A program made the translations under genes and the position numbers. Source: a virus. Taken from it: a DNA stretch of 64,000 bases. The stretch lies in the IMG/VR virus record IMGVR_UViG_3300042509_002208, positions 1 to 64,000 of that record. The stretch is one strand, 5' to 3'. Below the pieces are notes generated by a model, which did not search any database, was not told the DNA's origin, and saw nothing but the letters and a program-made list of their open reading frames with translations. This document shows positions 45,769 through 54,306 of this stretch, in pieces; position 1 is the stretch's first letter, and every line of letters begins with the position of its first letter.

Positions 45769-46485
45769 ATGGCCGAGATTCCGAACCTTGCTGGAGTAGC
45801 AACAACTGATCTTGTCGAAACCATTGGCTCCGGCAGTTTTAAAGCTAGTTATATCAATTGGTCGCGAACCTTAAATCTGCTACGTCAGAACGCGCCTGGC
45901 TGGAACGTTGAAGCTGTAGCTTCCATCGATGGCGGACTGATCCATCGAGATCCGGTTGGCGGTCACCTGATGATTTGCTATCGACACATCGATGGCACAG
46001 TGACTCCTCAGGTTCCGCAGGCGATCATGGATCACCGGAACCAAGCGATTCCTTACGAGAAGATTACGGCCAGAGACGTGAGTGATACGCATCGTCGCGG
46101 AGCTTGTCTCGTGGCTGCAATGCAGTTTGGCCTTGCTCATGAGCTGTGGGCCAAGATGCCCCTTGAGAGCGGTTACGGCTCTGATGTGGATAAAGACGCG
46201 CCGCGCATCTCAGAGGCCCCCAGAACAGCCTCTGAGCCGCCTCAGAAGGCGGTAACGAAGGAAGACTTCCTGGAAGCCGCCCTGGAGAAGGGGCTCCATA
46301 CAAAAGCTGCAGAGGCGCTGCTAGAAAAAGTTGGCACAAACTACGCTGGTGGCGTCAAAACATTGGCAGCCAAAGACCTGGCCTGGGTTGACCAGCAAAA
46401 CGCTCCTTTCTTGGAGGAAGCTGCCCCAAAGCAATCGAAGCCAGCGGCAAAGAAAACTACCAAGCCAGACCCCAGCGAGTACTAG
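45769..46485 (+). CDS. single-strand annealing protein (Sak3/DUF1071-like)
   Basis: SYINWS...AIMDHRNQAI...ARDVSDTHRR...FGLAHELW. Confidence 0.7.
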   Translation: MAEIPNLAGVATTDLVETIGSGSFKASYINWSRTLNLLRQNAPGWNVEAVASIDGGLIHRDPVGGHLMICYRHIDGTVTPQVPQAIMDHRNQAIPYEKITARDVSDTHRRGACLVAAMQFGLAHELWAKMPLESGYGSDVDKDAPRISEAPRTASEPPQKAVTKEDFLEAALEKGLHTKAAEALLEKVGTNYAGGVKTLAAKDLAWVDQQNAPFLEEAAPKQSKPAAKKTTKPDPSEY

Positions 46486-46616
46486 AGAAACAAGATTTCC
46501 CCAGACTGCTGGACTACCAAGAACTTCCCCAAGCGGAGTTCATCGATGTAGCAGCCAGCAGCTTGGCGAAATATTTCTCTGGAGAAATTATTAAAGATTA
46601 CGAGGGGCCTGTCTAA
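46425..46616 (+). CDS. start-less 63-codon frame, probable -1 frameshift extension of the annealase, ending in a DnaX-like motif
   Basis: Heptamer C CCA AAG 46425-46431, GGAGG at 46413-46417; frame reads PKAIEASG...FIDVAASSLAKYFSGEIIKDYEGPV* and stops in the terminator loop. Confidence 0.55.
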   Translation, partial: PKAIEASGKENYQARPQRVLEKQDFPRLLDYQELPQAEFIDVAASSLAKYFSGEIIKDYEGPV

Positions 46617-46626
46617 GCCCCTTTTT
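46603..46626 (+). terminator. intrinsic terminator
   Basis: AGGGGC-CTGTCTAA-GCCCCTTTTT. Confidence 0.7.
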
Positions 46627-46660
46627 CTCTGTTAGATTGATTTTGCTAATTCCTTTGACG

Positions 46661-47473
46661 ATGGAACTCAACCAGGACAGCCTGACCCACTGGATGAACA
46701 GAGCCGGGTCTAAGCCCCTGTTGGATCAGGTTGAAATTGATAATATCGCCAGGATTATCCAGTCATCCGAGCCTGGCTCTAAGAAATATAAAAAATATGT
46801 CAACAAGATTGTCGAGCACAACCTTCGCCTTGTCGTGAAGTTTGTCCATGCGTTTATGACGCATAAGACGATGAACAATTGGGGATCGCCAGATACCCTT
46901 GACTATCTTCAAGTTGGTTCACTTGGCTTGTATCGGGCAGCAGAAAAGTACGACCCAGATAGAGGATATAAGTTTTCTACTTACGCAACACACTGGATTC
47001 GTTCATTTGTCGGCAGGTATAACCTGAAAACAATGAGCACTTTTACGATACCAGAGCACGCCTCTCGTAATGCTCATTATTTTGAGGCTCACGGGACTCC
47101 AAAGAGACGCAAAAGTGGCGTCATGCCAACCGATGGCGAAACAGTCGAAATGGTCAAGCTATTGCGTAATGCGCAACGGCCTATGTCGCTGGATGTAACC
47201 ATTGATGCCTGTGGCGTTACATTGCTTGACACCATAGATAGGCAATACGAGGCGCCGGATGCTTTTGTTGAAGGGTGCTTCGATACAGAGACTGAAGACC
47301 TCTTCGTTAAAGCCGGGCTCAGCGGAAAACAGATCTTCATCCTTCGAGGACTCTTCGTTGATAACGCCAAAGCAGGTGACATCCAAAAGGATCTATGCAT
47401 CTCCCAAGGGCAGTATCTGAAACTAAAGAAGCAGGCTTTGGACTCGCTAAAGTCTGTATTAGAACCGGTATAA
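46661..47473 (+). CDS. RNA polymerase sigma70-family factor (RpoD/group 2-like)
   Basis: EHNLRLVV, LQVGSLGLYRAAEKYDPDRGYKFSTYATHWIR, PMSLD. Confidence 0.9.
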   Translation: MELNQDSLTHWMNRAGSKPLLDQVEIDNIARIIQSSEPGSKKYKKYVNKIVEHNLRLVVKFVHAFMTHKTMNNWGSPDTLDYLQVGSLGLYRAAEKYDPDRGYKFSTYATHWIRSFVGRYNLKTMSTFTIPEHASRNAHYFEAHGTPKRRKSGVMPTDGETVEMVKLLRNAQRPMSLDVTIDACGVTLLDTIDRQYEAPDAFVEGCFDTETEDLFVKAGLSGKQIFILRGLFVDNAKAGDIQKDLCISQGQYLKLKKQALDSLKSVLEPV

Positions 47474-47500
47474 TGTACTGTAAACCCTTTTTGGGGAACG

Positions 47501-47851
47501 ATGGCTACGATTGCAATTGCAGGAACTGTTACTGGAAAGGCAGGCGAATCTCCTGTCACTCTAAAGACGTTTGATAACGGGGATACTGTCGCAAGCTTCT
47601 CGGTTGCTGACCGGGCATATGTATATGCCAAGCCAGGCGAAGATCGCCAAGGTCAATTCTATCGCTGCGAAGTGCGCGGCAAAGCTGCCGAAATCGCTGC
47701 AGAGCGGATCAACCGTGGTGACAAAGTGGGTGTTTCTGGGCAACTGGTTCAGCGAACCTATAACGACAAGCTGTATCTTGACGTGAAGAACGCCTCGATT
47801 ACTTTCCTGGAAACTCGCAACCAGGACTCCAAGGGCGAAATGCCGTTCTGA
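47501..47851 (+). CDS. ssb: single-stranded DNA-binding protein
   Basis: OB-fold pattern (VASFSVA, FYRCEVRGKAAE, GDKVGVSGQL), C-terminal EMPF. Confidence 0.85.
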   Translation: MATIAIAGTVTGKAGESPVTLKTFDNGDTVASFSVADRAYVYAKPGEDRQGQFYRCEVRGKAAEIAAERINRGDKVGVSGQLVQRTYNDKLYLDVKNASITFLETRNQDSKGEMPF

Positions 47852-47897
47852 TCTAGAGCACCGGGCCGGCGAAAGTCGGCCCTAGCTATTTAACATA

Positions 47898-48353
47898 ATG
47901 GAAAGCGCCAAACACGAATTGCCAGGAGGTATCGGCCTTTTCATTGATGAAATGCCATTGTTGACGACGGCTCAGGTGCGGCCTTATGTTATTGCTACAT
48001 TGCTGCATCGTGGAGCTGTTCGATACGGAGAAGTGCTTAGTAGTTTGACTCCTCACTGCTCTACTTCTGATCTTAAAACAGGCGGATGGGATCCGCTTGA
48101 TGGAGAATGGTGTGAAGGAACTCGTCTAGAGAAGTTAGTAGACGAAGTGCTTGGTGAATTCACCTCTGAAGGAGTAGTTCGTTATAATGAGGAGCAGGAG
48201 CTTTGGGTGCTTACATCAAAGCATTTATCAACAATTATCTCGTGGGTTGCTGCACTTGGAGCAAAAATGCCGAGTCATCTCTTGATGGAGATGAGTAGAG
48301 ATCAGCTTTGTCGAATACCTGATTACATCAACATCGAAAATGAGAACACTTAA
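47898..48353 (+). CDS. hypothetical protein (winged-helix-like)
   Basis: ORF in the replication operon; fold guessed from helical pattern. Confidence 0.6.
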   Translation: MESAKHELPGGIGLFIDEMPLLTTAQVRPYVIATLLHRGAVRYGEVLSSLTPHCSTSDLKTGGWDPLDGEWCEGTRLEKLVDEVLGEFTSEGVVRYNEEQELWVLTSKHLSTIISWVAALGAKMPSHLLMEMSRDQLCRIPDYINIENENT

Positions 48354-48591
48354 GGACGGAACCGTCAAGTACAAGAAAAGTTCATACAAAGAATCAGAAA
48401 GGCTGTCGATGCCTTCTTTCCCTTTGCCTCGTTTTACGAAAGGGTCAAAGGTGCAAGTTTACCTTGGTGCCGGGTGGGGTTCTGGTTATGTCGTCGATAG
48501 TTACCAGGATCGTTGTGTCGTTAGGCTTTCTATGGGCAATCGAATCATCACAGTATTCGATGCTCGTTCGGTCCGCGCTGCCCAGGAATGA
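48340..48591 (+). CDS. small SH3/KOW-like protein
   Basis: FTKGSKVQV...WGSGYVV...CVVRL. Confidence 0.55.
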   Translation: MRTLKDGTVKYKKSSYKESERLSMPSFPLPRFTKGSKVQVYLGAGWGSGYVVDSYQDRCVVRLSMGNRIITVFDARSVRAAQE

Positions 48592-49046
48592 AAACTCAAA
48601 AGCAAATTGAGTCTGTATGTGACTCCATCAAGAACATGCTTCTTGAAAAGAACAAGAAGTATGGAGACTCTGCACTGTCGCCAGTCAGAATCTTCAGCAA
48701 GGCTGATGCTGTCGAGCAGATCTTGGTCAGGATTGACGACAAGCTCTCTCGTATTTCTAAGGGAGTGGGACTTGTTGCTGCTGATGAGGATGTAGTCAAT
48801 GACTTGATTGGCTATCTGATCTTGCTGAAGATTGCTAAACAGCAAGACTCTTCTCAGTGGGATGGTAGTGACATTGAACCCACCCCTGGCAAGCAATCGG
48901 CGACCATGTACGACGACATCATTTCTTTCAACACTAACTCCGTCGAACAATATTTCGGGAACAATATGGCTAATTCCTGGATCTCTTGTAGTCAGGAGGA
49001 CGCTACTCTTGCCGATGTCTACTCCTCGGGAGATCGTTTCGCCTGA
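48588..49046 (+). CDS. DUF1599/nucleotide-modification-associated helical domain protein
   Basis: KNKKYGDS...VRIDDKLSRI...DLIGYLIL. Confidence 0.65.
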   Translation: MKTQKQIESVCDSIKNMLLEKNKKYGDSALSPVRIFSKADAVEQILVRIDDKLSRISKGVGLVAADEDVVNDLIGYLILLKIAKQQDSSQWDGSDIEPTPGKQSATMYDDIISFNTNSVEQYFGNNMANSWISCSQEDATLADVYSSGDRFA

Positions 49047-49410
49047 TTACGAAATCGTAATTCAGCAGCCATTATTCTCTAAGGCACGCCCAAGGCTGAC
49101 GAGAACTGGACACGCTTACATGCCTGCTCCGTACAAAGCGGCGCAGGCTGTAATGCGAAAACAAATCAAGCAGCAATGGAAGCAGGGTCCACTAGAAGGC
49201 CCTGTTTCCTTGTGTATGTATGTCTCCGGCGAAGGGCGCGGTGATCTGGATAACATTGCTGGCGCCTTTATGGATGCCGCTCAAGGGATACTGTTTGTCG
49301 ATGACAGGGTAAGCGTCATACCGGAACTGTATATCTCATGGACAAAAGCAACCAAGCTGAAGTCAGAGTGGATCATCCACGTATACCATCTGACGGGGTC
49401 GTTAGAATGA
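49015..49410 (+). CDS. rusA: RusA-like Holliday junction resolvase
   Basis: SKARPR...GDLDNIAGAFMDA.QGILFVDD. Confidence 0.85.
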   Translation: MSTPREIVSPDYEIVIQQPLFSKARPRLTRTGHAYMPAPYKAAQAVMRKQIKQQWKQGPLEGPVSLCMYVSGEGRGDLDNIAGAFMDAAQGILFVDDRVSVIPELYISWTKATKLKSEWIIHVYHLTGSLE

Positions 49411-49428
49411 GCAATATAACCATGGCAA

Positions 49429-50280
49429 ATGGCAAGCGTCGCTTATAACCAGCCAGATCCTGCCTATCGCAGAGAGATAGGTGAAAATCAAAGCTCGTTA
49501 AAAAGCATCCTCGTCAGCCCGGCTCATTACCAGGCCGCTAAGAAAAGGCGCTTCGCTCCAACGATCAACATGGAGATTGGCTCGGCCCTTCACTGTAAAG
49601 TTTTAGAAGGTGACGAAGAGTTCGACAAAAGATATATCATGCGTCCTGATGGTATATCATTGAACACCAAGGAAGGAAAAGAGTGGAAGGCAGAAAATTC
49701 TGGGAAAACCGTTCTTACTAACTCAGAACGAGAAAGAGCCTGGGATAGTGTTCTCGGAATGGCAGAGTCGCTAAGAAAGCTTGACTGGTTTAAAGAAGAT
49801 CAGATTGATTACCGTAAGTTCAACGAACTTTCGATTTACTGGGATGTCGACGGTATTCCCTGCAAGGGCAGGCTTGACAGGCTTGTCGATACCGGAGAAG
49901 AATTACTTGTCTTGGATTTGAAGACAACGGACTCCGTTGATCCTTCTACATTTAACAAGAAAGCAGCAGGTGGAATGAATTATATATTTCAGGCTGCCTG
50001 GTATGCGGAAGCGGCTTCTGTTGCTTACAACAAGCCAGCAAAGTTTATTTTTGTTGCTATCGAACGAGCCTGTCCTTGGAGCATTGGCATCTTCGAGGTA
50101 TCAGAAGAGACAATGGCTGAGGGCTACAGGCAGATCAACCAAGCAAGAACAATTTTAAAGGAATGCTTAAAAGAAAAAAGGTGGCCGGGTCCAGAAATCC
50201 AGTATAATATGCTTGATCTACCAACTTGGTATCGCTCTCCCCTTAAGGTTGAGACACCCGGTTTCGATGACCTCTTCTGA
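49429..50280 (+). CDS. PD-(D/E)XK exonuclease (RecE/ExoVIII-like)
   Basis: GSALHC, CKGRLDRL, DLKTT, QAAWY, FIFVAIE. Confidence 0.85.
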   Translation: MASVAYNQPDPAYRREIGENQSSLKSILVSPAHYQAAKKRRFAPTINMEIGSALHCKVLEGDEEFDKRYIMRPDGISLNTKEGKEWKAENSGKTVLTNSERERAWDSVLGMAESLRKLDWFKEDQIDYRKFNELSIYWDVDGIPCKGRLDRLVDTGEELLVLDLKTTDSVDPSTFNKKAAGGMNYIFQAAWYAEAASVAYNKPAKFIFVAIERACPWSIGIFEVSEETMAEGYRQINQARTILKECLKEKRWPGPEIQYNMLDLPTWYRSPLKVETPGFDDLF

Positions 50281-50486
50281 TGAGCAACTCTACGACAACC
50301 TCTAGCTCTACCGGCATCAGTACCACGGGACTGCTTGGCGTCCTGTTTGTTGGTCTGAAGCTGACAGGGGTGATTAACTGGCCCTGGTTATGGGTTCTTG
50401 CTCCTTTCTGGATTCCAGTCGCGATCCTGCTGGCGATCTTACTGGTCCTTGCCGCTATCTGGGTAATTGCCAAAATCACTGAGTGA
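50280..50486 (+). CDS. small membrane protein
   Basis: LKLTGVINWPWLWVLAPFWIP. Confidence 0.75.
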   Translation: MSNSTTTSSSTGISTTGLLGVLFVGLKLTGVINWPWLWVLAPFWIPVAILLAILLVLAAIWVIAKITE

Positions 50487-50490
50487 CCTA

Positions 50491-51147
50491 ATGCACGACG
50501 CTAAACTCATCGCCATCACCCCAGACGCAGAGAAGATCTGCATTCATTGCGCCAGGGTTAGCAATCCCGCGAACCAGGACAATCCTGAATATGCAAGGCT
50601 GGTTAAGTATCTGATCAAGGAGCGCCACTGGAGCCCATTTGAAATGGCAAATATGGTAGTAGAAATTAATACTACCAGAGCAATTTCGCCACAAATTCTT
50701 CGTCACCGTTCATTTTCATTCCAGGAATTTAGTCAGCGTTACTCGAAAAGCACCGAACTAGCAGGCGAGTTTCCTTTGCCTCATCTTCGCCGGCAAGATA
50801 ACAAGAACAAGCAGGCCAGCCATGATGACCTGGATGAAATCCTTAAAAGAAACCTTGAGTTCGAAATCGACTCGCTTTATGAGCACGCAACGTCTGTCTA
50901 TAAGAGTCTCCTCGACAGCGGCGTGGCTAAAGAGTGCGCCAGAGAGGTTCTTCCTCTGGGTGTACCTACTCGTTTATACATGAATGGCAATCTTCGTAGT
51001 TGGATCACTTACATTGCTCTTAGAGAGAAGAACGGGACGCAGTTAGAGCACCAGAACATTGCTTTGTCTTGCAAGAAGATCCTGAGCGAACATTGCCCTG
51101 TTATCGCTGAAGCTCTTGGTGGCCCAGACGCCCCATGGGAGCTATAA
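50491..51147 (+). CDS. thyX: FAD-dependent thymidylate synthase
   Basis: HWSPFE, QILRHRSFSFQEFSQRY, AKECAREVLP. Confidence 0.95.
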   Translation: MHDAKLIAITPDAEKICIHCARVSNPANQDNPEYARLVKYLIKERHWSPFEMANMVVEINTTRAISPQILRHRSFSFQEFSQRYSKSTELAGEFPLPHLRRQDNKNKQASHDDLDEILKRNLEFEIDSLYEHATSVYKSLLDSGVAKECAREVLPLGVPTRLYMNGNLRSWITYIALREKNGTQLEHQNIALSCKKILSEHCPVIAEALGGPDAPWEL

Positions 51148-51169
51148 GTTGGAACAATAGGTAACGCAT

Positions 51170-51805
51170 ATGGCGAGAAGCCCCGTGTCAGAATGGCGTG
51201 AAGCCAAGCCGCCTAAAGGTGAGCCAGGTCCAATTTACGGTTTCAGAAGAGGCTACAGGGTCAGAGATGCTGGTCGCCATGAAACAGCGGATCAATACTC
51301 CGCGTTTCAAAAGTTTCTTCTGTTACAAGGGAACAGAACCTTCACTGCCTTAGAGCAGGCAACTGGCTATTCGACGCCAACACTTTCTTCTTGGGCAGAA
51401 AATTATAACTGGCAAAAACGCGCTGCAGCTTATGATAAAAACCAGATGGCTATCGTCTGGAAAGAAGCGCAAAGGATGCAGCGCAATAGCCATCGCGACG
51501 CCATTGTAGAATTCAGGGAATCTTCAGAGCGTCAAGCCAAGATGATGGCTCGCGTCTCTGAAGATCTTTTGCGTATTCTTGGCAAAAGAATTGAAAGAGC
51601 TGACCAGGAAGGGGAAGATGTCCCCATGAACCTTGTTTCTGGTCTACTTAGGGCTGCGGCCAACATCAACGAGCAGTCAAGGCAGTCGTGGGCCACATCT
51701 CTTGGCGTTAACGAGATGTTGGATATGATTGATACTGAAGTAACCAAGGTAAACGTTGAGGATGTTACTGAAGTTGATGCTTATGACATCCCCTTAGACG
51801 AATGA
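51170..51805 (+). CDS. terminase small subunit-like protein
   Basis: HTH then W...YNW.KRA.AYD coiled coil; upstream of TerL; motif variant GGAACAATA at 51151. Confidence 0.65.
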   Translation: MARSPVSEWREAKPPKGEPGPIYGFRRGYRVRDAGRHETADQYSAFQKFLLLQGNRTFTALEQATGYSTPTLSSWAENYNWQKRAAAYDKNQMAIVWKEAQRMQRNSHRDAIVEFRESSERQAKMMARVSEDLLRILGKRIERADQEGEDVPMNLVSGLLRAAANINEQSRQSWATSLGVNEMLDMIDTEVTKVNVEDVTEVDAYDIPLDE

Positions 51806-51975
51806 CGTATCCTGATTTCCCAATGACCGTCACCCAAGAAGAAGACGGCAGTTTTACTATTGAATGGGATCAAAACCATCCCGTTACATCTTACTTCAAT
51901 GATTTCACCGAAGAAGATTTCATTGAAATGATTATGGCTCGTTGCAAATTAGTATTGGGTGAAGAGATAGAGTAA
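51802..51975 (+). CDS. 57-aa acidic protein (not in ORF track)
   Basis: MTYPDFPMTVTQEEDGSFTIEWDQNHP...GEEIE*, coupled at both ends. Confidence 0.7.
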   Translation: MTYPDFPMTVTQEEDGSFTIEWDQNHPVTSYFNDFTEEDFIEMIMARCKLVLGEEIE

Positions 51976-53501
51976 TGGCCATTAAACTCGGCAAGGATTT
52001 CCTGGAGAGGTCAGCTTCCGACCGGGAGATGGTCCGCAAGCTGCGGGAAATTAAGACTGAAAGGAAAGAAGGTGCCAAGAAGGTAATCCTTTATAAGTTC
52101 ATTAAGGAAGTTTGTGCCAGTTATAAGTTCTACAAGGTTCACGCAGAGCTGACTAGACAGCTTCAAAGGGTTATTGACGGAGACTGCAAACGACTAATTA
52201 TCCAGATCCCTCCCAGAACTGGAAAGTCGATGCTGTCATCAAAGTTGCTGCCGGCAGCTTATCTACTTGCACATCCTGATCGTTACGTCGGCATCAGTTC
52301 CTACAGTGCGGAATTGGCAGAAGGTTTTTCACGCGCAGCCAGGGACTACTACAGGGAAGCTGGCGGGCTATTCGACCCTCACAAGCAGGCTGTGAACGAC
52401 TGGGGTACCCAAGGTGGCGGTGGCCTGTGGGCTGCTGGCGTCGGCGGCGCCATCACCGGTCGTTCTGGTCACTTGTTGATCATCGACGACCCGGTGAAAA
52501 ACAGAGAAGATGCAGACAGCCCCAGAGTCATGGAGAAGCTGTGGGATTGGTACACATCTACTTTATATACACGACTTGAACCGGTGGTTGGCTCTATTGT
52601 CGTCATTCAGACTAGATGGAGCGAGAACGATCTAATTGGCAAGCTTCTTGAGTCTGAGATGAATGTCTCAGAGAAAGGCCGAGAGAATTGGACAATCCTG
52701 GATCTTCCGGCAATCTCGGAAGATATGGGTTCACGTCCGCCTTTGCCATCTCATTGTGATGTTGTAGAAGATTGGAGAGAGAAATCCGGGGAAGCGCTTT
52801 GTCCGCAACGCTATGGGATCGATGAATACGAACGCATCAGAGAAGCAATTGGTACTCGCGACTTTGCTGCCTTGTATCAACAAAGGCCAGCTCCTGTCGG
52901 CGGTAACATGTTCGATCCTAGCTGGTGGCAATATTATGAACATGACACGGTAATGCCTGAATTCCAGCGCATCATGCTCAGTGTCGACTGTACTTTCACC
53001 AGCAACAACAATAGCGACTATGTTGTTGGCAGCGTCATCGGACAAGCCGGAAACAGGTTCTATGTGATTGACATGGTCAGAGAAAGACTCGATATCGTCG
53101 GAACAATCAACATGATTTCAAGGATGTATAACAAGCACTCCTTGAGCGGTACGATTATCGAACTTGCAGCTTCCGGCTATGCCGCTTACCAAATGCTGCA
53201 ACAGCGGGTTCCAGGACTGATTGGCTTCAAGCCGGAGAAATCAAAATCAGCTAGAGCTGCCGGTATCGTGCCAATTGTTGAGGCTGGAAATGTCTTCCTG
53301 CCAGCCAGTGCCACATGGCTCGATTCGTATATAAATGAATTCAGCCTGTTTCCTGCTGCAAAGAATGATGACATCGTCGACTCTATTACGATGGCGATTA
53401 ATTATATGGCGCAAAGATCTGCGCCTGTCATGACCGAAGTGACATGGGGGCGCACTGCTTTTGTTCCTGGGGCGACCGCTAGAATAGAAATAAACACATA
53501 A
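51975..53501 (+). CDS. terL: terminase large subunit
   Basis: PPRTGKS, LLIIDDP, QTRW, LYQQRP, SVDCTF, DDIVDS. Confidence 0.93.
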   Translation: MAIKLGKDFLERSASDREMVRKLREIKTERKEGAKKVILYKFIKEVCASYKFYKVHAELTRQLQRVIDGDCKRLIIQIPPRTGKSMLSSKLLPAAYLLAHPDRYVGISSYSAELAEGFSRAARDYYREAGGLFDPHKQAVNDWGTQGGGGLWAAGVGGAITGRSGHLLIIDDPVKNREDADSPRVMEKLWDWYTSTLYTRLEPVVGSIVVIQTRWSENDLIGKLLESEMNVSEKGRENWTILDLPAISEDMGSRPPLPSHCDVVEDWREKSGEALCPQRYGIDEYERIREAIGTRDFAALYQQRPAPVGGNMFDPSWWQYYEHDTVMPEFQRIMLSVDCTFTSNNNSDYVVGSVIGQAGNRFYVIDMVRERLDIVGTINMISRMYNKHSLSGTIIELAASGYAAYQMLQQRVPGLIGFKPEKSKSARAAGIVPIVEAGNVFLPASATWLDSYINEFSLFPAAKNDDIVDSITMAINYMAQRSAPVMTEVTWGRTAFVPGATARIEINT

Positions 53502-54130
53502 TGGCCCGTAAATCTCTGGATTTTCAGCTCACGCCTGAGCAACAGAAGATGGCCGCTGATAATATTAATCTAGCAAGAAGAGAGGCTTGGCGGATCCAGA
53601 GAACTACAGGCATAGATTATTCAACACTTGAAGGCGCGGCGTTTCTTGGTCTGTGCAAGGCTTGCCATCGATATGATCCGGATTCCGGATACAAGTTTTC
53701 TAGTCTGGCTACGCCGACAATTAGAGGTGAATTGCTGCACTGGGTCAGAGACAGGACTTACGCAATGCGGTTATCTCACAAGATGAGAGAAAACTGGATT
53801 AAAGGTAGGAAGATGCTGTATTCCGGATCTAGCGATATCGAGGTTGCAGACGAGCTTGGCCTGAGCTTGCAGGAATGGCAAGAGACAAGATCCGCTTGCT
53901 CCGGCCCTCCATTAGAATTAAAGGATCAGTCTATGCCGACAGATCCACTTGAAGCTGAAGAGATCAATTTCAGGGAGATATATCAGGAAAAGGCTACTGA
54001 TATCATAGAAAGCTTAAGCGAAGAAGATAAGGAATTCCTGGATGACTATTTCAATAGCCAGGGAGTCAAGCCTCCTGTTAGAAAATTTCAAGTGCTCTGG
54101 GAAGAGCTGTCTAAACGTAAACTAACGTGA
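53501..54130 (+). CDS. sigma factor, SigF/SigB/SigG-like
   Basis: GLCKACHRYDPDSGYKFSSLATPTIRGELLHWVRD; EVADELGLSLQEW. Confidence 0.88.
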   Translation: MARKSLDFQLTPEQQKMAADNINLARREAWRIQRTTGIDYSTLEGAAFLGLCKACHRYDPDSGYKFSSLATPTIRGELLHWVRDRTYAMRLSHKMRENWIKGRKMLYSGSSDIEVADELGLSLQEWQETRSACSGPPLELKDQSMPTDPLEAEEINFREIYQEKATDIIESLSEEDKEFLDDYFNSQGVKPPVRKFQVLWEELSKRKLT

Positions 54131-54186
54131 AATACCCTTGCTAAGCGCGATCTGGGTTCTAAGATGCTTCCATCAGCTCATAGCGC

Positions 54187-54306
54187 ATGACCTGGCTTGG
54201 CCACCATCTAGCTGATGTCTTGGTTATGGTAGCGCCATTGCTGCCACTTTCTTTGGCATTGCTAATTTTGTACCTCATCGCTACGGCTCCAGATGATCAT
54301 AAGTGA
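54187..54306 (+). CDS. 39-aa single-TM peptide (not in ORF track)
   Basis: MTWLGHHLADVLVMVAPLLPLSLALLILYLIATAPDDHK*. Confidence 0.45.
   Translation: MTWLGHHLADVLVMVAPLLPLSLALLILYLIATAPDDHK

Noticed and set aside
46331-46594. 87-aa +1-frame ORF overlapping the annealase 3' end
   Set aside because: Low-information sequence with a long overlap; the -1 frame fits the gap and terminator better and carries a recognisable motif.
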